Origin: a virus
Lineage: Duplodnaviria > Caudoviricetes
Length of the DNA: 28,818 bases
Reading direction: 5' to 3' (one strand)
Virus record (IMG/VR): IMGVR_UViG_3300022670_000171
Span: 1-28,818 of that record
The notes under the pieces: generated by a model
Told to the model about the DNA's origin: nothing
The model's database searches: none
The model's input: the letters and a program-made list of their open reading frames with translations, nothing else
In this document: piece by piece, positions 24,920 through 28,818 of the stretch
Layout of the letters: each line of letters starts with the position of its first letter
Numbering within the stretch: the first letter of the stretch is position 1
Position numbers and translations under genes: made by a program

Positions 24920-26577
24920 TATTCCTTACCTCGATTATCAGCCCAGCCTTGAGTGTAAATAGATACGGAATGATCAGCAGTTGACTGGCTAAGCCTAAAT
25001 CTTATTTGTGCTGATTCATCTGTTTGGATCCGAACATACCCGCCTGCTGTTTCTCCACCACCCAGAGTAATAAATGTAAAGGCAGACGCAGACGGCGTTG
25101 CATCCGTTTGGCTAATAGAAGTCATAAGCATAAACGTCTGAGATGTCGGGCTATCATCTAGAAATCTAACATTGATGTTTGCTTTTGTTTGTATTCCTGT
25201 TGGTGTTGATAGAGTAGAAATAACTGCGGCCGTTCCTGGGTTGCTGGTGCTTACGTCTAGCACCCCGGCGTTAAACAGGAAATCATCACGATCTTGCGCG
25301 TATCCCAAAATATTAGATGAGCCATCAGTTAGCATTGAAGCTATACGACGAAACAACGAGAAGTCTGTCGCGTCAGCAAGAAGATTTGTCGCGGTTAACG
25401 ATGTATCCCATCCTGCATCAACCGTTCCATCAGTCTTTGCAATGACAAAATAGTGATACCAAGTATCTATTGCTAGAGTTAGGCCGGATGGGAAGCCGCC
25501 TAGGTTCGTACCCTCTACCCAGCTGGCATCTATTCTTTTTACAAGGATAGAATTGTTGACTAAAAGAACAGAATTAGTAGAGTCGGTACATTCTCCCACC
25601 CCCGTATCTACGTCTTTTATAGGGTCTGTGGTGTTGTTGGATGTGATCAATCCATCGATGTGCCCTCTAACAATAGTGGCAGAGGTAGTGAGAGGATCAA
25701 TCACATTTGTCCCATCACAAAAAAGAAGAGTGGAAAACCCTGAAGCGACGACCACCCCAGTTCCCGCAGAGGTTTTTAGCGTCAAGCTAAAGGTCGTATC
25801 ATTTTGGAAAAAATACCCTCTCTCGTTATCGGAACAAATAATGTTTCTGGCCTGGGTAAGAAAGGCAGAAGTATCTGTAATAATTATCCTGCCAAATGAT
25901 TCTTGTTCAGCAGTGAGGGTATAGTCAGAGTCTCCGGCTAAATCATGAGTGGTCGCTACAGGGGAAGTTCTCTGTGAAAATTCACTAGCTCTCCAGTTGG
26001 TTCCGGCGGGGTCGGTGGTGGGGTCATTACCTGTGTTGCTGCTTGCTTGTGACACATACTCATTTCCGTCAGATCCATATGCGGAATCAAATTCAGCATA
26101 TGTCACGTTAGGGTTCCAGATCCGGCCTAATTGGATCTGTTCCCAATTTGCCGTCGACGATGTAGGGTCGTTACCCTGATTGCTGTTGGTTATTGACCGG
26201 TAATTATTACCATCTGATCCGGTTACAATATCCCCAATAGAATAGATAGTTGACGCGTTCCAATCCGAAAACGCTGAGCCATCCAAGCTACCGCCAACAG
26301 GGTCAAATTGCTGTATTTGTTCGCCTGGCACGCCCGGAGTTATGATGCTGTCCTTAAACGAAACGACATTATAAGAACCAGTGCCAAACACATTAGGGCA
26401 CCGGCCCTCTCCATCAAGTTGTAGCGGGTTGTCGTTAGCTATCGTCTCTGAAACATCAGCAAACGTATCTTTATCGGTGTTGTTTGTCCCTGTTACGTTA
26501 AATTTCAGGAAGCCATCCACTAGCGGGGCTCCTGACCCATCAAAGAACTGGGCGAAAGCTTCTATAATTCTTGCCAT
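24919..26577 (-). CDS. Tail fibre/tailspike with P22-like head-binding N-terminus and two CBM5/12-like repeats
   Basis: QFFDGSGAPL..G.L.F...GT...NPLQLDGEGR; repeats WNASTIYSIGDIVTGSDGNNY and WNPNVTY...GSDGNEY; terminal TQGWAD.RG. Confidence 0.85.
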   Translation of the reverse strand: MARIIEAFAQFFDGSGAPLVDGFLKFNVTGTNNTDKDTFADVSETIANDNPLQLDGEGRCPNVFGTGSYNVVSFKDSIITPGVPGEQIQQFDPVGGSLDGSAFSDWNASTIYSIGDIVTGSDGNNYRSITNSNQGNDPTSSTANWEQIQLGRIWNPNVTYAEFDSAYGSDGNEYVSQASSNTGNDPTTDPAGTNWRASEFSQRTSPVATTHDLAGDSDYTLTAEQESFGRIIITDTSAFLTQARNIICSDNERGYFFQNDTTFSLTLKTSAGTGVVVASGFSTLLFCDGTNVIDPLTTSATIVRGHIDGLITSNNTTDPIKDVDTGVGECTDSTNSVLLVNNSILVKRIDASWVEGTNLGGFPSGLTLAIDTWYHYFVIAKTDGTVDAGWDTSLTATNLLADATDFSLFRRIASMLTDGSSNILGYAQDRDDFLFNAGVLDVSTSNPGTAAVISTLSTPTGIQTKANINVRFLDDSPTSQTFMLMTSISQTDATPSASAFTFITLGGGETAGGYVRIQTDESAQIRFRLSQSTADHSVSIYTQGWADNRGKE

Positions 26578-28299
26578 TTATTGCTGCTCCTGTGTTGTGC
26601 TTTCAATAGCACCAGGCACAGCGGATGCTACTAATAATATCTGGTTTCCTCTCGCTATTTCAGCGGCTTCTCGAAGAAGAGGCCTTTTTGCTGTTACGAG
26701 ATTATCCAACGCTATATCAGGCCTAGACAGAAGTTCAGACAGCTCTGATGATGTTCTGAGTTTCTTGGGAGTGTTATCAAGATACGCTGACACTATAGCC
26801 TCCGCATTACTTCCGGCTCTTACTACTGTATCGGCAAATTCTGCGTTTTTACGAGTAAGCCTCTGGGCTAGCTTTCTCGATACTTGACCGATTACGGGAA
26901 CCGCAACAGCACCGACAGGGCCGCCAATAGCAGCGCCGCCAGCAATACCAAGCGAACCGCCTATTAGGTTCGTCGCGTGACCCTCGGAAAAGCCTAATCT
27001 ACCTATGAGCTTTGCAATATTCTCTGTGGTTGTACCCCTGACAACCTTTTTCATGGCATCAAGTTCATTGGCCTTAAAGAATCTCGATTTCTTCTTGTTA
27101 TTTAGAATAGATCTAAACTGAGTAACCAGCCCGTTCTCAAAGCCGCTTGCTTGATTTCTTGCTTTCTCAAACGATTCGTTAATTAATTCTGACCGTCTAG
27201 CCCGTCCCCACAAGTCCCGCGCAACTTGGTACTTTCCAGAAATCTCAGAGGTCTTTAAATTCCCTTTCTTGAAAGCTGATGGGCTTACAATGTCTAGGAA
27301 TGAATCGATATTATCGACAACAATACTTCCTAAAGCAGCATCAGCAGGCTCAATGGATTTAGCCGCGTTCTGTGCGACTTTCCGTAATGTGTCGATTTCT
27401 GTAAGCGTTGGTGATTTCCCTAATTCGCTTTGCAACCGTCGTAAAACGCTAGCTGTTTTAGGTGTTAAATCGGGATCGAACCCCGCTTTTCTTACTGCTA
27501 AATCAATCCTATTTACCATTCCTTTGAACGCTTTAGGCTGAAGAGATACGCCAGAATCATCAAGCTCTTTGTAAACGCCTCGGGAAACGTCTTTTAATTG
27601 CTCAATACTTGGCGCTGCTTCAACAATTGCTCTGTCTATCTGTCGCTGCTGTGAGGCTGCTTGTAGCTTACCTGTTGTCTTTATTGCACCCTTTGCCGAA
27701 GCTATCCCTAAAACCTCTAGCAGCGCTGTAGGTATGGTCGTGGCTGCCGCTGCTAGTGCCGGGCTATTTGTTGCCTTGAATGTTTCATCACCTAGAGTCT
27801 TTTCTGCTTGTTTTAGAGCATCGCTTACAGGCTCAAGAAAACCTCCGATAGCTTGCAATGACTCTTGTCCTGCTTGTGTTCTTGGCTGGAATGTTAGAGC
27901 TTCCCTGACATCTTCAACAGCTTGTGCCCCAGCCCCTTCCTCAACAAAAGGATTAAGGGTTTGAAGTATTCCAGCAACACCAGCAACAGGCTCAGCAATA
28001 GCGCCGCTTAAAAGCGTTGCTATAGGCTCAATTACTGAAGACCCGGTAAACGAAGGCTCTAGCCGTTGGCCAGGACTCCCCAAACTATCAGGAGCAACAC
28101 CGCTGCTATCGATTCTAGCCCCATCTTGCTGTACTCCTACTTGTGGCTGTTGAATAGGCTGCGCAGGCGGCGGCTGAATAGGTGGTTGTGGTGATGGTTG
28201 CTGATCACCAAAGAACGTCCTAATAGACTGTCCTATAACATCATCCGGCGTTCCGTCAGGGAATTCAAACCGCTGTCCCTCTACATCAACTATAGGCAT
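26578..28299 (-). CDS. DNA ejection/injection protein (P22 gp16/gp20-like position)
   Basis: EGQRFEFPDGTPDDVI N-terminal motif, Ala/Gly-rich helical body, position just before the fibre. Confidence 0.7.
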   Translation of the reverse strand: MPIVDVEGQRFEFPDGTPDDVIGQSIRTFFGDQQPSPQPPIQPPPAQPIQQPQVGVQQDGARIDSSGVAPDSLGSPGQRLEPSFTGSSVIEPIATLLSGAIAEPVAGVAGILQTLNPFVEEGAGAQAVEDVREALTFQPRTQAGQESLQAIGGFLEPVSDALKQAEKTLGDETFKATNSPALAAAATTIPTALLEVLGIASAKGAIKTTGKLQAASQQRQIDRAIVEAAPSIEQLKDVSRGVYKELDDSGVSLQPKAFKGMVNRIDLAVRKAGFDPDLTPKTASVLRRLQSELGKSPTLTEIDTLRKVAQNAAKSIEPADAALGSIVVDNIDSFLDIVSPSAFKKGNLKTSEISGKYQVARDLWGRARRSELINESFEKARNQASGFENGLVTQFRSILNNKKKSRFFKANELDAMKKVVRGTTTENIAKLIGRLGFSEGHATNLIGGSLGIAGGAAIGGPVGAVAVPVIGQVSRKLAQRLTRKNAEFADTVVRAGSNAEAIVSAYLDNTPKKLRTSSELSELLSRPDIALDNLVTAKRPLLREAAEIARGNQILLVASAVPGAIESTTQEQQ

Positions 28300-28817
28300 T
28301 ACTGAATCCTCCGGCCTTGGCGGTCGAATCTAATGACAGCCTGTTGAGCTGGCTCTACTGCGGCATCCGCTTGTCTTTGGGATGTTTCGATGCTCTTTCT
28401 TTTTTGATCGATAAACGCATCAAGTTGCGCCAACTTCTCAGCTGGACTTGCATCTGGGTCGCCCATTGTAGCCTTCAGCGACTCTCCTTCCTGAACGGTG
28501 AACGCTGCGCCAAATGTGGGCTTCAGAAGCGGCAGAACCTGGTTGTTAATGATCGCTATAAACTTCGCTTTTGCTGTTGATCCTTTGGTCGCTCCAAAGC
28601 CAGACTCTTTAATTGCTGCATCAAAGATTCTGCCGCCAAGTGTACTGGTAGCAATAGGTGCCAGCTCTCGTAACACATTAACAGTCTCTAACAACCCTGG
28701 TAGCGCTGCTTCTGCCCTAGCTAGATCAGTGAACGCTTCACCCTCTACCTTAGATTGTTCTTCTGCCCGTTTAACTGCCTTCTGAATTTGTGGTTTAAAT
28801 GCTAGCTGCTGCCCTAG
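28299..28817 (-). CDS. C-terminal part of an ejection protein (open at the window edge)
   Basis: Frame is open to the right edge; LKPTFGAAFTVQEG motif; TAATG-coupled to the next gene. Confidence 0.65.
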   Translation of the reverse strand, partial: LGQQLAFKPQIQKAVKRAEEQSKVEGEAFTDLARAEAALPGLLETVNVLRELAPIATSTLGGRIFDAAIKESGFGATKGSTAKAKFIAIINNQVLPLLKPTFGAAFTVQEGESLKATMGDPDASPAEKLAQLDAFIDQKRKSIETSQRQADAAVEPAQQAVIRFDRQGRRIQ

Positions 28818-28818
28818 T

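Noticed and set aside
25172-28785. Plus-strand ORFs opposite the tail and ejection genes
   Set aside because: Antisense shadows of long minus-strand genes, with no motifs or RBS.

Overview
Most of a circularly permuted P22/Sf6-like (podovirus-type) tailed phage genome, probably of a gammaproteobacterial host (inference). A divergent promoter region at about 19050-19225 drives two arms. The short rightward arm carries a Cro-like HTH, NinB, NinG, an HD/Mesh1-like hydrolase and a DUF3310-like gene. The long leftward arm carries a Sak/Rad52 recombinase, Gp157, an HNH-AP2 endonuclease, SSB, many small accessory genes, and O/P-like replication genes with iterons, then TerS, TerL and portal. Ejection proteins, tail fibre and the lysis cassette enter from the right edge on the minus strand. 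No integrase, CI or Q was recognised. The left end has an inversion junction at about 955-963 that fuses portal to scaffold, most likely an amplification or assembly chimera. The most unusual part is an RNA-rich island at about 4190-6210. It holds a promoter- and terminator-bounded small RNA with a 12-nt perfect complement to the 16S 3' end but no AUG, two RNAs with T-loop-like hairpins closed by long stems resembling the 16S RNase III processing stem, a tRNA-Lys(CUU)-like gene with a 51-nt D-loop insertion, and Lys/Arg-rich micro-peptides. Also notable: two toxin-less Phd/YefM-like regulators, one with a TGTACA operator, and a paralog pair with a pure versus a degenerate poly-Ala microsatellite. 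All product calls are from motif recognition by eye, not database searches.
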